A stretch of DNA of 64,000 nucleotides from an uncultured Verrucomicrobiae bacterium (GCA_963735805.1 CAVTMK010000002.1:320001-384000), one strand, 5' to 3'; positions 8,569 to 20,505 are shown, counted from the first letter of the stretch. Translations and numbers: made by a program. Notes: a model not told the origin generated them from the sequence alone.

Positions 8569-10521
8569 GTGGCCTGCCTGCTGGCGCTCGCCCTCTTTTG
8601 GCGTAAATTCGCCAACCTCGTGAAAAGCGGTTGCGTCAGCCGAGAACTCAAAGCCCCGGTCTCCAATAAGGGCCGTCCCGTCTCTACGGAAAAAAATTCT
8701 CCCGTTCAAAAGAGCGGAATTCGCAAATCAAAAACAGGCCGGTGGCGAGCGGCGGCCCTGATTCTGCTCAACCTGTTCATGATCGCGCACATCATTCAGT
8801 GGCGCATGATGGGAAGAACAATTTCGCCGATCGAACCTTCGGAAACGATGTACACGTTGCAAAAGGGGTTCATCAATGCGGGATTCATCTTTTTTACTCT
8901 TGCGATCCTGGCAACGTTGATCTTCGGGCGATACATCTGCGGCTGGGGCTGTCACATTCTTGCCCTGCAGGATTTCTGCGGCTGGCTGCTAAAGAAGATC
9001 GGCCTCACTCCGAAACCGTTTCGATCGCGACTGTTGGTTTACGTTCCGCTCATTGGCGCGCTCTACATGTTTGTCTGGCCCGTCGTATATCGACTGTTCA
9101 CGGAACCGCACGAACCGCTTATTCCCATTTTCACCAATCATCTGGTGACGACTAATTTTTGGCAGACGTTCCCTTCGGTAGTAGTGGCCATTCCGTTTCT
9201 TTTTGTCTGCGGTTTCATGACGGTCTATTTTTTGGGGCAAAAAGGGTTTTGCACTTACGCCTGCCCTTATGGCGGATTTTTTGGACTGGCCGATAAATTG
9301 TCGCCGGGAAAAATCCGTGTCACGCCGGCGTGCAATCAATGCGGCCACTGCACCGCAACGTGCACTTCAAATGTCCTGGTGCATGCAGAAGTAAAACAGT
9401 ACGGGATGGTGGTCGATCCCGGTTGCATGAAATGCATGGACTGCGTGAGCGTGTGCCCGAACGACGCCCTTTACTTTGGTTTCGGCAAACCGTCGATTCT
9501 GGTTCCCAAATCGGACGCAATTAAGAGGAACTATTCTTTAACATGGCCGGAAGAAATCGTAGGCGTGTTCGTGTTCTTTGGAAGTTTTCTGGCTGTTCGC
9601 GGTGTTTATGCGCTGGTCCCATTCCTGATGGCGCTCGGTTGCGCGACGGTCACGACGTTTCTCACCTTGAAAATGTGGAGATTGTTCCAGGCGAAAGAAT
9701 TGTCCTTTTACCGTTTCAACTTGAAGTCTGGTGGCAGAATTCGAAAGGCAGGCTGGGCGTTTGCAATCTTCGCCTTTGTCTGGATTGGATTGAACGCACA
9801 GAGCGGATGGATTCGCTATCATGAGTTTCTGGGTAACCGGGCATTTCAGAAAGTCCACCTGCCGGACGAGCTAGCGCTGGCTCAGGTTAATCCGGGTCGC
9901 TGGCTCAGTCCGGCCGATCGCGATAACATCTCCCAGGGAAAGGAACATCTTCAGGCCGCTTCAAGGTTTGGACTCTTTGTAAACAGCGAAGCACTACCGA
10001 AGCTGGCATGGTTTGAATATCTCCTGGGTGATGCGGAACGATCCGTCCACTTACTCGGCCAGTCTGCGGCTTACCAGAAAGAACAGGGGAAGGCTTTAAG
10101 CCTTTATTATCGCGGTGCAATCTTGAATCGGCTGGGGCGTTACGACGAGGCTATGGCTAGTCTGGATCAAGCCCTGGCAGAACGAGATGACTTGATTCTC
10201 GCGCGCCAGGAAAAAGGCGAATCGCTCTGGCAGCTTGGCCGCAGGGACGAAGCAATTTCGATGTGGGCTGATGCCGTGCGGCGTAATCCACGCCTGGCCC
10301 TCGTGAATAACGAGCTTGCCGGCGCAGAACAGTCGTTAGGTAATGCCGAAGAGGCCAATAGTTATGAAATGCAGGCTGACCAGGTCACACCCAATGATCC
10401 GCTTTTCCATTGGATGATTGGACGCCGACTCCAGGACCTTGGTATGAGTGAGTTGGCCGAAAAGCATTTCCAGCGCGCTTCCCAGCTGGATCCTGGGAAT
10501 CAATTGCCCGCTGGGCGTTAA
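8569..10521 (+). CDS. Membrane 4Fe-4S polyferredoxin (NapH/MauN/FixG-like) fused to TPR repeats
   Basis: 'CGWGC', 'CTYACPYG', 'CNQCGHCTATC', 'CMKCMDCVSVCP', multiple TMs, C-terminal TPRs ('LGRYDEAMASLDQAL'). True start probably slightly downstream. Confidence 0.82.
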   Translation: MACLLALALFWRKFANLVKSGCVSRELKAPVSNKGRPVSTEKNSPVQKSGIRKSKTGRWRAAALILLNLFMIAHIIQWRMMGRTISPIEPSETMYTLQKGFINAGFIFFTLAILATLIFGRYICGWGCHILALQDFCGWLLKKIGLTPKPFRSRLLVYVPLIGALYMFVWPVVYRLFTEPHEPLIPIFTNHLVTTNFWQTFPSVVVAIPFLFVCGFMTVYFLGQKGFCTYACPYGGFFGLADKLSPGKIRVTPACNQCGHCTATCTSNVLVHAEVKQYGMVVDPGCMKCMDCVSVCPNDALYFGFGKPSILVPKSDAIKRNYSLTWPEEIVGVFVFFGSFLAVRGVYALVPFLMALGCATVTTFLTLKMWRLFQAKELSFYRFNLKSGGRIRKAGWAFAIFAFVWIGLNAQSGWIRYHEFLGNRAFQKVHLPDELALAQVNPGRWLSPADRDNISQGKEHLQAASRFGLFVNSEALPKLAWFEYLLGDAERSVHLLGQSAAYQKEQGKALSLYYRGAILNRLGRYDEAMASLDQALAERDDLILARQEKGESLWQLGRRDEAISMWADAVRRNPRLALVNNELAGAEQSLGNAEEANSYEMQADQVTPNDPLFHWMIGRRLQDLGMSELAEKHFQRASQLDPGNQLPAGR

Positions 10522-10654
10522 GCGTCGATCGGCCGGAGGCAGCTGGAAGGTGAGAAGCAACATCCTAGTCAATTGCCTGTTCACCCAGAGTCGCTGAGGC
10601 GTTGCTCGTGTTCCTGAAGCGTATAGGATAACAAACAACCTTGAGGTATACCTT

Positions 10655-11131
10655 ATGCCTAATGAAGCGACTCGGCCTCCGCTACCTCCATTTACTCGCG
10701 AGACAGCGGTTAAGAAGGTTCGTCTGGCTGAAGACGCCTGGAACACTCGCGATCCGGAAAAAGTGGCACTCGCGTACACAATTGATTCGCGTTGGCGAAA
10801 TCGTGCTGAGTTTCCGAATGGACGACAGGAGATCATTCAGTTCCTCAAGCGGAAGTGGGCGAAAGAATTGGACTATCGGCTCATCAAAGAGCTTTGGGCT
10901 TATACGGAAAATCGAATCGCTGTCCGGTTCGCTTACGAATGGCACGATGACTCCGGGAATTGGTTCCGCTCCTATGGCAATGAGAACTGGGAGTTTGACG
11001 ATCATGGTCTAATGCGGTTTCGCCATGCGTCTATTAACGATCTGCCGATCCACGAGTCGGAAAGAAAATATCGGTGGCCGTTGGGGCGCCGACCAGATGA
11101 GCATCCGGGCCTAAGCGACCTCGGTCTCTAG
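10655..11131 (+). CDS. DUF1348 / NTF2-like family protein
   Basis: '[26 protein letters not shown]...[13 protein letters not shown]' is the family signature. Confidence 0.9.
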   Translation: MPNEATRPPLPPFTRETAVKKVRLAEDAWNTRDPEKVALAYTIDSRWRNRAEFPNGRQEIIQFLKRKWAKELDYRLIKELWAYTENRIAVRFAYEWHDDSGNWFRSYGNENWEFDDHGLMRFRHASINDLPIHESERKYRWPLGRRPDEHPGLSDLGL

Positions 11132-11255
11132 TTGGAACAAACCGAAATCAAACGCCCGGTAGGATCTCGACTCCGTCGCTCTGCTATGTGGTCCCTCGCG
11201 AAAACACAGCAAGGTCGACGTGCAATTCACAAGTCGTCAAGGATCGACTGCTTTG

Positions 11256-13427
11256 TCAGTGCCGCGGCGTCGGACGCGGTCTCGGAGTTGGCCGCGACCG
11301 CGGCGGTGGAATCGCGCGAACCACTTCAAATTGGGTCATCATTCCGTCGTCCTCGTGCTCTACCATGTGGCAGTGAAGCATGTACATGCCGATGTGATCG
11401 GTGAACTTTAGCTTGATCTCCAGGGTCTCACCGGGAGCCAAATACCAGGTTTCCTTCATCGTTTCGTAGGGGTAACATGCACCTCCATCTCGACTGATGC
11501 ACTGCTGAGAGACGTCGTGAATATGCACTGTATGTGCCTGTCCGGTAGGATTTGTGAAGACCCACTTCTCGGTAGTTCCTAGTATAGGCCTGGCATCGAC
11601 GCGATTTGGATCGAACCGTAAGCCGTTGATCGTCCAGTGGCCTGCCGTCCTATCAAAGCTCCAGTTGCGCGTCACGGTAGGCTCGCCGATATCTGGCAGC
11701 GGGCGTAGCGTTGAAGGGATCGTGCTGTCGTCTATAAGATGCTCATTGACACGGAACTCAAGCAACGGGATACCCGTGAGCGAATCGACGAGATAAACGT
11801 CTTGTCCGAGTTTTCCAGCGAAATCGACAACAACATCCAGTCGTTCTGCCGGTCCCATTCGCATTTCTGTGCGTGTTACAGGCGCGGGAAGCAAACCGCT
11901 TTCAGTCCCAATTTGTGTGAAGAGATCGCCCGTGTTTAATGCCAGGTTGTAGGTGCGATGGTTAGACGCGTTTAAGATGCGGAACCGATATTTACGGTCG
12001 CCTACCTCGAGGTAAGGTTGATAAACACCGTTAACCAGGAACTTGTCGCCAGTTACACCGTTAGGGTCAAACACGTACGGGATTTGGTTTTTCGCGTCGA
12101 ATTGTCTGTCAGCGATTGCCAGAGGCAGGTCGAAGGCGCCGGAAGGGAGTGTCGCAGGATCGGCGGGATCATCCAATATGTACATGCCTGTTAGACCCAT
12201 CCATATGTTTCGACCGGTAACATCCATACGGTGATCGTGGTAGAACTGCATCTTGCCTCGCTGATTGCCGCCTTCTTCCAGTCCATCATAAAAATATGTG
12301 CGCGATCCTCCCGTCGGGATGAGAAGGCTATCTGGCTGGCCATCATTGACGGCGGTAGAGTGATTGCCGTGGTTATGCACGGTTAATCCGCCGGCAGCCG
12401 CGTCGAGGTTATTGGTAAAGGTGACGTTAGTCGTGTGTCCTGTAGGTCTGCGAATGGTTAGCCCAGGGTACGTGCCACCATAGGTCCACATATTAGTGCA
12501 TGGCCCATCCAGTATCTGGACGCACGCCTCGTCGATTCCTATGGAGACGTTCGCATTGGTGGTTACAGGCGGGAAGAGCAGTGGATGGGAGAAAGGTGTA
12601 GGTGTCGGCGTCAACGTTGGTGAAGGTGAAGCTGTAGGAGTAGGAGTGGACGTTGGTGTTGCCGTTGCGCTGGCAGTGGGGGTCGGGGTAGCAGTCGGAG
12701 TCGATGGTGGGGTGGGTGTCGGAGTCCCTGTCTTGTATTGAACAGCCAGCACTGGCGAGTTGATGCTCTCTCGAGTATCGAATCGTTTCGCTGTCGCAAT
12801 GCCTAACTCATCGCCTAACACCAGCCAGCCAAAGTTAGTTGCCGGATTATCCAGCCATAACTGCACGTCCGCGGTCATTTGTGGTGAACTCCAGGTGTAT
12901 ATTCCAACGGCGCCGACTGACTGGCTTGCGCTCGCCTGGGCGGAGAAATCCCCGCCTTGCGTCGTCCAAAAGATGGTATTGAAAAAGCGATGGCGCCACG
13001 TGGCATCATCGGTGGTGGCGGGCGCTCCCATGCCTTCCTCTCCAGATGCCTGGGAAGTTCCTTCCCCCCAATCGGCAAGCAGCTTGTGCAGCTCAGTGGT
13101 TCTGGCAGTGCTGGAAGGTGTTCTAGACATGTTTAGAGTCAGAGTCACGCTGGCGATCGTTGAGCCTGCCGGGACGTTTCCAGCGACGTCGAACGCAAGC
13201 ACACCGCGACGGAGTTCGCCCATGGCGGTCTCACCGGTGAAGAAGTGAGCGCCGAGAGCATTGCTACGGTCGCCATCCGCAGCAACGTACTCATAGAGCG
13301 TGTTGTCCTTACTGGGATTAATATTGACAGTGTCCGCAATCGCCAAACTGGGATCGATACCGCCAAGCGCAGTCGCGAATATAATCGGACCTAAAATTCC
13401 AGGAATCTTAATGGGTTGGGTGTACAT
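11256..13427 (-). CDS. DNRLRE-like domain fused to a multicopper oxidase (CotA/CueO-like), Arg/Pro tail
   Basis: Copper motifs 'VHNHG', 'FYHDH', 'HTVHIH', 'HCHMVEHEDDGMM'. Internal PT linker. Ends '[17 protein letters not shown]'. Confidence 0.88.
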   Translation of the reverse strand: MYTQPIKIPGILGPIIFATALGGIDPSLAIADTVNINPSKDNTLYEYVAADGDRSNALGAHFFTGETAMGELRRGVLAFDVAGNVPAGSTIASVTLTLNMSRTPSSTARTTELHKLLADWGEGTSQASGEEGMGAPATTDDATWRHRFFNTIFWTTQGGDFSAQASASQSVGAVGIYTWSSPQMTADVQLWLDNPATNFGWLVLGDELGIATAKRFDTRESINSPVLAVQYKTGTPTPTPPSTPTATPTPTASATATPTSTPTPTASPSPTLTPTPTPFSHPLLFPPVTTNANVSIGIDEACVQILDGPCTNMWTYGGTYPGLTIRRPTGHTTNVTFTNNLDAAAGGLTVHNHGNHSTAVNDGQPDSLLIPTGGSRTYFYDGLEEGGNQRGKMQFYHDHRMDVTGRNIWMGLTGMYILDDPADPATLPSGAFDLPLAIADRQFDAKNQIPYVFDPNGVTGDKFLVNGVYQPYLEVGDRKYRFRILNASNHRTYNLALNTGDLFTQIGTESGLLPAPVTRTEMRMGPAERLDVVVDFAGKLGQDVYLVDSLTGIPLLEFRVNEHLIDDSTIPSTLRPLPDIGEPTVTRNWSFDRTAGHWTINGLRFDPNRVDARPILGTTEKWVFTNPTGQAHTVHIHDVSQQCISRDGGACYPYETMKETWYLAPGETLEIKLKFTDHIGMYMLHCHMVEHEDDGMMTQFEVVRAIPPPRSRPTPRPRPTPRH

Positions 13428-13554
13428 GAATGTTCCAAAACGTCAGGGTCGCTGCGGTCCTTGTGCTTGCTATATGTTTTTAGTCAGGCATTGCCAGCCG
13501 AGATTGCGCGAGTCGTAAGTCGCCGTGGTGCTGGCGCGCGATTCGCTACAACTG

Positions 13555-14328
13555 TTATTCACCCACGGCCGTTGCCTCCTGGATCGGCGGGGTAGGGCGG
13601 GGTCTGGGAGTAGGACGCGGCCTCGGTGCAGCCCTGATGTATTCGATGGTCAACACCGGCGGGTTGGTGCTCTCTCGAGTATCGAACCGCTTCGCTGTTG
13701 CAATGGCCGACTCGTCGCCTAACACCAGCCAGCCGAAGTTAATGGCCGGATTATCCACCCAGGACTGCACATCCGCGATCATCTGCGGCGAGCTCCATGT
13801 GTACACTCCAGTTGCGCCGACCGACTGGCTTGCGCTGACGATGCCGGAAAAGTCTCCGCCTTCGGCTGTCCAAAAAATATTATCGAAAAAACGGTGCCGC
13901 CAGGTGGCATCATTGGGAGTAGCCGGCGCTCCCGTGCCTTCTCCTCCGGATGCCTGAGACGTTCCTTCTCCCCAATCAGCGAGCAGCTTGTGCAACTCGG
14001 TGGTTCTGGGAGAACTGGAAGGCGTCATGGACATGTTGAGGGTAAAGGTCACGTTTGTGATCGTCGAGCCTGGGGGGATGTATGCGGCGATGTCGAACGC
14101 GAGCACACCCCGGCGAAGTTCGCCCATGGCTGTCTCGCCGGTGAAAAAGTGGAGGCCAAGAGCATTACTCAGGTCGCCATCCGCGGGAACGTACTCGTAC
14201 AGGGTGTTGTCCTTGCTGGGGTTTATATCGATCGTGGTCGCGCTCGCTAAACTGACAGCGCTGGCAAGAATCGCCGCCGCTGTAAGTGCGCGTAAAGTTT
14301 TAAGGGAGTTTGCGGTTTGGATATTCAT
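13555..14328 (-). CDS. Exported DNRLRE-like domain protein with Arg/Pro tail
   Basis: Signal peptide; 'KDNTLYE...RRGVLAFD...NFGWLV...FDTRE..NPPVLTIEY', highly similar to the N-domain of the 11256 gene. Ends '[23 protein letters not shown]'. Confidence 0.8.
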   Translation of the reverse strand: MNIQTANSLKTLRALTAAAILASAVSLASATTIDINPSKDNTLYEYVPADGDLSNALGLHFFTGETAMGELRRGVLAFDIAAYIPPGSTITNVTFTLNMSMTPSSSPRTTELHKLLADWGEGTSQASGGEGTGAPATPNDATWRHRFFDNIFWTAEGGDFSGIVSASQSVGATGVYTWSSPQMIADVQSWVDNPAINFGWLVLGDESAIATAKRFDTRESTNPPVLTIEYIRAAPRPRPTPRPRPTPPIQEATAVGE

Positions 14329-14651
14329 TTAGTTTTCAAAACCTTGAGATGATACTTGAAAGATTGAAATGCTGAAAAGGTGAAATTCTTGCTCTTTTTT
14401 TGCCCGCCTACAACGCTGTCGCACTGCGGACAGGGAAACGTCCAACGCTGAATTCCGATAATGTGCCGGTGCCCCTTCGGTGCTCAATGATTGTGTGCCT
14501 CTGTAGCCGCATGTCGCTGCTCGCCACAAATTTGTATTTGGTGCTTCCGAGCCGTCGGGTCGTCCACCACCCGCTACGATAAACGAGCGGTATCAGCCAC
14601 CGTTTTGGGTCGGTCTTAAGCGTCTGTGCCAGCCTCCTTTCGCCTCAAGCA

Positions 14652-14681
14652 GGGAACTCGCGAGTTGCCTCGCGAGTTCCC
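14652..14681 (-). terminator. Stable hairpin downstream of the 14727 gene
   Basis: GGGAACTCGCGAG-gcaa-CTCGCGAGTTCCC on the minus strand. The same hairpin occurs at 57459 and 62034. Weak U-tract. Confidence 0.55.
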
Positions 14682-14726
14682 GGATTTAACTAATTATTAA
14701 TTACCAATCACTAAAGCCTCAGTGTT

Positions 14727-17700
14727 TCACGGCGGCGTCGGCCTTGGGTGCGGCGTTGGACGCGGCCTGGGTGTTGCTCTGGGCGTAGGCGTGGGCGTCA
14801 CGGTCACCGAAGGTGTCGGCGTGGGTGTCCCCGGCGTTGGTGTGGGTGTAGGTGTCGTAGGTGTTGGCGTCGGTGTCGGTGTTACCGGTGTGGGTGTCGG
14901 TGTAGGCGTCCCAGGTGTGGGTGTAGGTGTAGGTGTCGTAGGTGTTGGCGTCGGTGTCGGTGTGGGTGTCGGTGTCCCGGGCGTTGGTGTGGGCGTCGGG
15001 CTTCCGCAGGTACCGCCAATTTGCAGATCGTAGAGTGTCGGGTTGCTGTTGTTTCCGCTTATCACGACTACGTGCGCCGCACCGGGTAGGCCCGTGAATG
15101 AGACGTGACTCGCGGAGTTACCGGGAATAGGATTGGGCATACCGAGCATCATTGGGCTGGAAGGATCAACGACTGGGTCACTGGCACTGAAGTCTCCGTC
15201 GTTGCCCTGGCCGCCAAACGGCATGGGATAATTTTCACCCGACCCCTGAACAGCTCCCTGGACCCAGACTACGCCGCCTGCAGTAGCGTAAGCTTCCAAC
15301 GCAGGAATGGCTGCTGTGTACTGAGCGATGAACTCAGCGAGGGTGGTGTCATCCCAGTTAAGAACGACTACTCGATAATCACTGAAGCTCACTGTTGCCA
15401 GGTCATCCGGTGTAAACTCAGTGTAAGTGTGCCCGTTAGCAGTGATGGCGTCCTTAAGAATGGTAGAACCCCAGGGATCGTGCGTATCGAACAACGCGAA
15501 GTCATTCGCAGCGGGCTGGCTCACAGCAAACGTATATTGAACGGTGTTGCTGGCCAGAGTCGGGTTCCACCCGTTCGGTGCGAAACCAAGGGTCATCCCG
15601 GAGCCGACCAGCAACCCGCAGCCCTTCGGCGCGGTACCCACGTATTGGTAGGTTCCCGTGAAGGCCTGGTTAGGATTACCAGACTGATCAGTGATTGATC
15701 CGGCAGGTAACGTGACGGTTAACGTGCCCGAGAAGATACTGGTGATGTTGATCGTGAACTCTGCGGTCATGTCACCATTAATCACGCTCACGGCTGTTAC
15801 GGTCGAACCCGGAACGCCGCTGAGTTGCAGATCGCTGGTCTGCACCGAGGCTGGATCCACGGCCTCATTGAAGTTCATGTCATACGTATAGCTGGCCGGC
15901 CCTGGCGGTTGGAAGGTGCCGCCATCGGGTGGGACAGTGTCAGTTACTGCTAACAGTGTCTCGTCGTAACGGAAAGTGCACTGGAATTCGAATACTCCCT
16001 GGTTATCCGACTGGCGGGTAAATGCGTCAGCGGGGATATGCATCGTCTGCTCACCCTGGTTTACTACCGGGGTGGTGTTGAAGGTAAAAGTAATAGTCTG
16101 GTCACCGTTGCTGAACGAGCGCGAGTCCGCTGGTATTCCATTAACCGTGAAATCGCTCGGATCCACAGTGCCCTCGTTGACCGCGTCAGACAGGTTAACC
16201 ACAAAGTCCGTCGGCTGAGTAGACACCACGCTGCCACAGGCCGGGTCGGTAGTGGTCACGGCAAAACCGACCAGCTCTCTGTCGGTGAAGGCGTCCTGCT
16301 GTGAACTACCGCTAATGGCTACGCGCCCGTCCGCCCACGAAGTGACGTGCTTGGTCAGCAATCGCAGCGCCGTAGTCGTAGTCGCCCACGTAGCTCCCCA
16401 CGATGTTCGGGTCGTTTTGTGCTGGCAGCGGACTGACCACGTCCGAGAACGTGTCGTCAGGCAACCAGCTCAAGCCGTTGTCGTTGGACTTGCGCGACCA
16501 CATCCGGTAACAGGGACTGGCTGGGTTACCATATTGGCAGTCGGTGTCGAGGCTCTCGCGCGCGTCATACCAGGTGGCTAGTAGCGTTCCGGCGGGACTG
16601 ACCGACAGGTTAGGCTGCCACTGAGGACGGGTGGTGGCATCCGTATTCAACTGGAACGGCGAGCTAAAGGTCACGCCGCCATCGGTCGAACGGATGTAAA
16701 AGACGTCGCCAGGATCGCTGCCAGCGCCGTGCTGGGCATAGACCAGGTGAACCACATTATTGAATGCAGCAGGCTCACCCCAGCCCTCGTGCCGCCAGTA
16801 GCAGCCGTTAGTGCTAAACATCCCGGCGAAGTAACCCGAAGAACACACGCCCGGTCCGGGAAAGCTCGGGCCTGTGTAAGTGTTAGCCCAGGTGGCACCG
16901 CCGTCAGTTGACTTAAAGATGAGGTTCTTATCGTTGTGGGGAAAGCCACCACCGCCTTCGTCCATGCCGGCGATATAGAGGGTCCCGTTACCCGACATAT
17001 CACCCGTGATCTGTGTATTGCGGATGAAGGTACCGCTGTTGATCACCGTTACTGCCGGGCTCCACGTGTTGCCATTGTCAGTTGAAAAGCTTTCGACCAG
17101 GGCACCTTGACCCACATTAAAGTCGTTCCAGGAAACATACATCCGCCCGAAAAACGGAGAGCTTGGGTTGTTGTCGGCCCAGCCAGACTCGCGGTCGTCG
17201 CCGCCGTTGTTGTGAACGCAGAAGTGCGTCCAGCTATTTGGATCCTCGGGATCAGTCGACTTATACCCGCCCAAAGTGCAGCTCCCGTTAGCATCCAGCC
17301 AGACAGTAAACCAAGTCTGTGTCGGCTTGTTATACAGAATAACCGGGTCGCCAAATGTATTGGAGAACGGGCTACAACCGCTGCCGTTGGTCAGACGGGT
17401 GTAGGTCAGTCCGCCGTCGGTGGAAGTCGATGCGCCAGAAAAGTTGCTGTTGTTCGCGCATCGGGAGTCATTGAACGCCACGATCACCTCGTCGGGATTA
17501 TCCGGATTGGCCGTGGTGAATGTTTCCGACTGAATAATGTGCGGAGGGGTCTCAGTCCCTGTAACCAGGTCCACGTCCGTGCCGCCAAAGCTCACCGGCG
17601 CTATGAGGTTGCGCACAATCTTGGAGAGCGCACTGGAATTCCCGCCTTCTTCGTCAGGATCGCCGCCTCCCTTGGCCTGGCCGCAGAAAATCATGATCGC

Positions 17701-18012
17701 GCCGGCTCGAAAGTTCTCCATTCTGTCGATGCCAAGCTCGTGGATCTTGGAACAATCAAATCCCGCCGGAACGAGCGGGCTGACATATTGGGACCTGGTG
17801 GTAATCTGGTACATTTGCGCAGTGCGCGCATAGGAGGGGGCGCCGACAGCTGGTCCGGAGGGGTTTTTCGCTGTGGCGAGCATGCCCAGGGCGAGCAGAG
17901 GGACGCCGGCCAGCGCTACGAACAGACCGATTAAGACACGCAGATTAAAGAACCCGCCTTCGCCGAGGCTACGGCGGGCAGGTGCGGATTGCGAAGTGGA
18001 TTTCTTTTTCAT
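14727..18012 (-). CDS. Exported sialidase-like (BNR/Asp-box) plus Ig-like protein, PT linker plus tail; one frameshift near 16360
   Basis: Asp-boxes 'STDGGLTY', 'STDNGNTW', 'STDGGATW', 'SNDNGLSW'. Removing one base joins 'GDYDYGAAI' to '[12 protein letters not shown]'. Ends '[18 protein letters not shown]'. Confidence 0.8.
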
Positions 18013-18454
18013 AAGCGGATTTTAGAGTGAAGTGGAGTTTGAAGTCTGAAGCATCGCTTCTAACCGAAATCCCGGAAGCGCGTCAACACTTTTTTATTTT
18101 TTAGTCTTCTCGTTCCGCGCTCGTTTAAGCCAACCGGTGCGAAACCCAGATTCCGTATGCGCCAGTCATCTCACCATTTTCCAGGGAAGCGCCTCGACAT
18201 CCGTCACGACGGGCAAGCTCTGAGGCGGCTACAGATCGGGGATATTGTAGCCACGGCGCTGCGTCGCCGTGTCGTTGGGGAGCAACTATATGCTTCCTTT
18301 AGCCGCGCGTCGCTGACCGCGGCAAATTCGTAGGGTGGTAGGTGTTGTGGCGGCAGGCGTGTCGCCTGCAACGTCTGAAGCAACCGACACGTTGCCACCA
18401 CAGGTACCGGGGTCGGCGACCCCGGCTACAACAGTTCACAGATCACTATCCACT

Positions 18455-20094
18455 TTATCCCGGTGGCGTCGGCCGAGGACGCGGGGTCGGGCGAGGTCTT
18501 GGTGTAGCTCTTGGTGTAGCAGTCGGAGTTACAGTTGGCGATACCGTTGGCGTCGGTGTCGGTGTTATTATGGGCGTGGGAGTCGGCGTAGCCGTAGGTG
18601 TAGCTGTTGCCGTGGGGGTCGGAGTGGGAGTTGGCGTAGGAGTTGGCGTAGGTTGAGGCGGTAACTGAATCAACTCGATGCGTCCGCCGCTGCCGAACTG
18701 GTTAGCGTGAACGTGCTTGGAGCTGCCTGCCACGTATTGGCCGTCAGCCGACACGTCGACACCGAACGCCGAGCCGGGGAAGTCGATCTGACCGATCAGT
18801 TGCACGTTGCGATTAAAGACCATTACCTCCGGCCAGTCATGAAACTCTGTCCCCCATGAAGCGAAAGCCATGACCGTTCCGTTGTCGTTAGATTCGGCGC
18901 CAACTGGCGTGCCTTGATACTGGCCGGTGCCGGACACCGGATAGGAACCGATCATCTGGGCACTGGCCACATCGAACAGGTCCACCTCGCCCGACAGCCA
19001 GTTCGTATAATTCGCGCCAAAAGAACCCACGGTAGAGCCATCGCGTGACACTGTGCACGCACCACCGAACCAGGTACTAGCCAGAGCGAAGTGAATCACA
19101 TGCTGGTATGTGGTTCCGTCAAACTTGTAAACGTCCAGGCCGAACCCATCAGTGACAAACACATTCCCATCCCCTGAAATCCGGTAAAAAATGTTACCAG
19201 CGCCGGTGCCGGCGACGCTAAATGTGACCGTGCCATTACTGGTATCGACCAGGGCGGCGAGATTGTCCTGTGTGACAAGTGCGATCGAGCCGTTGTCGGT
19301 CAGCTCCACAGCATCCATCCGAACCGAATCCGTCCATGTCGATCTAATCTCGCCGGTGTCAGCTTCGAAGACATAGAGCGTGGAGTTCTGCGTTACTGAA
19401 TCGCTAACAACAGCGGCAACCGTAGAACCATCATAAGATACGGCGACCTTCCTGGAGCTGGCCGGCAGATTCGGATCGCTGACTGGAAACGTAAACGACC
19501 AGTCCGGTATGCCGTTACTTGTGGACCTAAAGCCATGGATCCGGAAATCGTTTCCCGCCGCATTCGATTCCATAAAAGCCATACGATCGGCGCCCTTGGC
19601 AGAGGCAACACCTGAATTGCCGTCACCAAAGGACGAGAACTCAAAGTCGGGTGTGCCATCGCCGAGAATCGGGTAGGCACTGAGTCGGGCGCCCTGAAGC
19701 GTCCATGCGCCCCATACATCATTCGCGTCGATGGAAACGCCATCCGCGATGGCGTTGTCGTCATCGACTAACCAAAGCGTGTTTCCGCGCGGTCCCAGGC
19801 CGAGCCGCTCTGGGATCGCTCGAGCTGCAGGTTGCGCCTGCGAAGCGTTGCGGTTCTCGGTGAATACTCCTTGAGGTGTGACTCGCGCGAGAGTCGCCCT
19901 GGTTGATTGTCCCGATAGGAGTGCCCCTCGGCGCGGTCGATTCACTCGAATGGGTGCGCAATTCGCGTCCGTCACCTTTGGATGGATTTGCGGTCGACGA
20001 ACAGCGCCACAAAGACGCTTGTCGCCAGGATCAGCAGAGTGATTGAAACGGGACGGTTAAAGAACGTGGAGTGTGGAGCGCGTTTCTTTTTCAT
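18455..20094 (-). CDS. Exported beta-propeller (WD40/YVTN-like) protein with tail; frameshift(s) at about 19800-20000
   Basis: Leader '[23 protein letters not shown]' at 20094 is out of frame with the main ORF. Repeats '[11 protein letters not shown]', 'VSRDGSTVG', '[11 protein letters not shown]'. Ends '[15 protein letters not shown]'. Confidence 0.72.
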
Positions 20095-20505
20095 AGATTA
20101 AGTTTCGGATACGCCGATCATTTTGGTTTTGTTTGAGAACGCTCGTCAACAAGTTTCATCGGTTCGGCATTGTAGGGCGCAACCCTACTGAGTGGCCGCA
20201 GTTAGTGGGCCTATTCAGCGTCTGCCGTGCTGTAGCCGCGTGTCGCTAAGCGCGGCAACCGGATAGCGGATATTCTGACGGCAGGCGTGTCGCCTGCAAC
20301 GTCTAATCAACCGACAGGGGTGGGTCGTCGACCGTTCCGCCTGCGGTGCAAAGGTGGATCGGCGTCTCTGAAGACGTGAGAAAGGTAGATCACCAAAGGC
20401 GCAAATATATGTCAGGCGGTGGAGCGCACTTCACTCCCAACGCGGTGAGGACAACGCGTTCCACTTGTTAAGCCCAGTGAGAGCTACGATTAATGACTAT
20501 CCTGA

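Noticed and set aside
8386..8709. Long N-terminal extensions in the ORF track (6334..8709, 4830..5567, 5628..6164)
   Set aside because: Downstream ATGs give proper signal peptides, and the 8709 extension overlaps the divergent gene.
14722..15033. GVGVGV-rich ORFs on the opposite strand (also 18342, 22517, 26081, 32502, 57085 and others)
   Set aside because: They are antisense shadows of the Pro/Thr linkers, with no independent coding evidence.
17900..18012. Type IV prepilin cleavage site in the class 1 leaders (G/A-FF)
   Set aside because: The conserved Glu at +5 is missing and Gly at -1 is not consistent.
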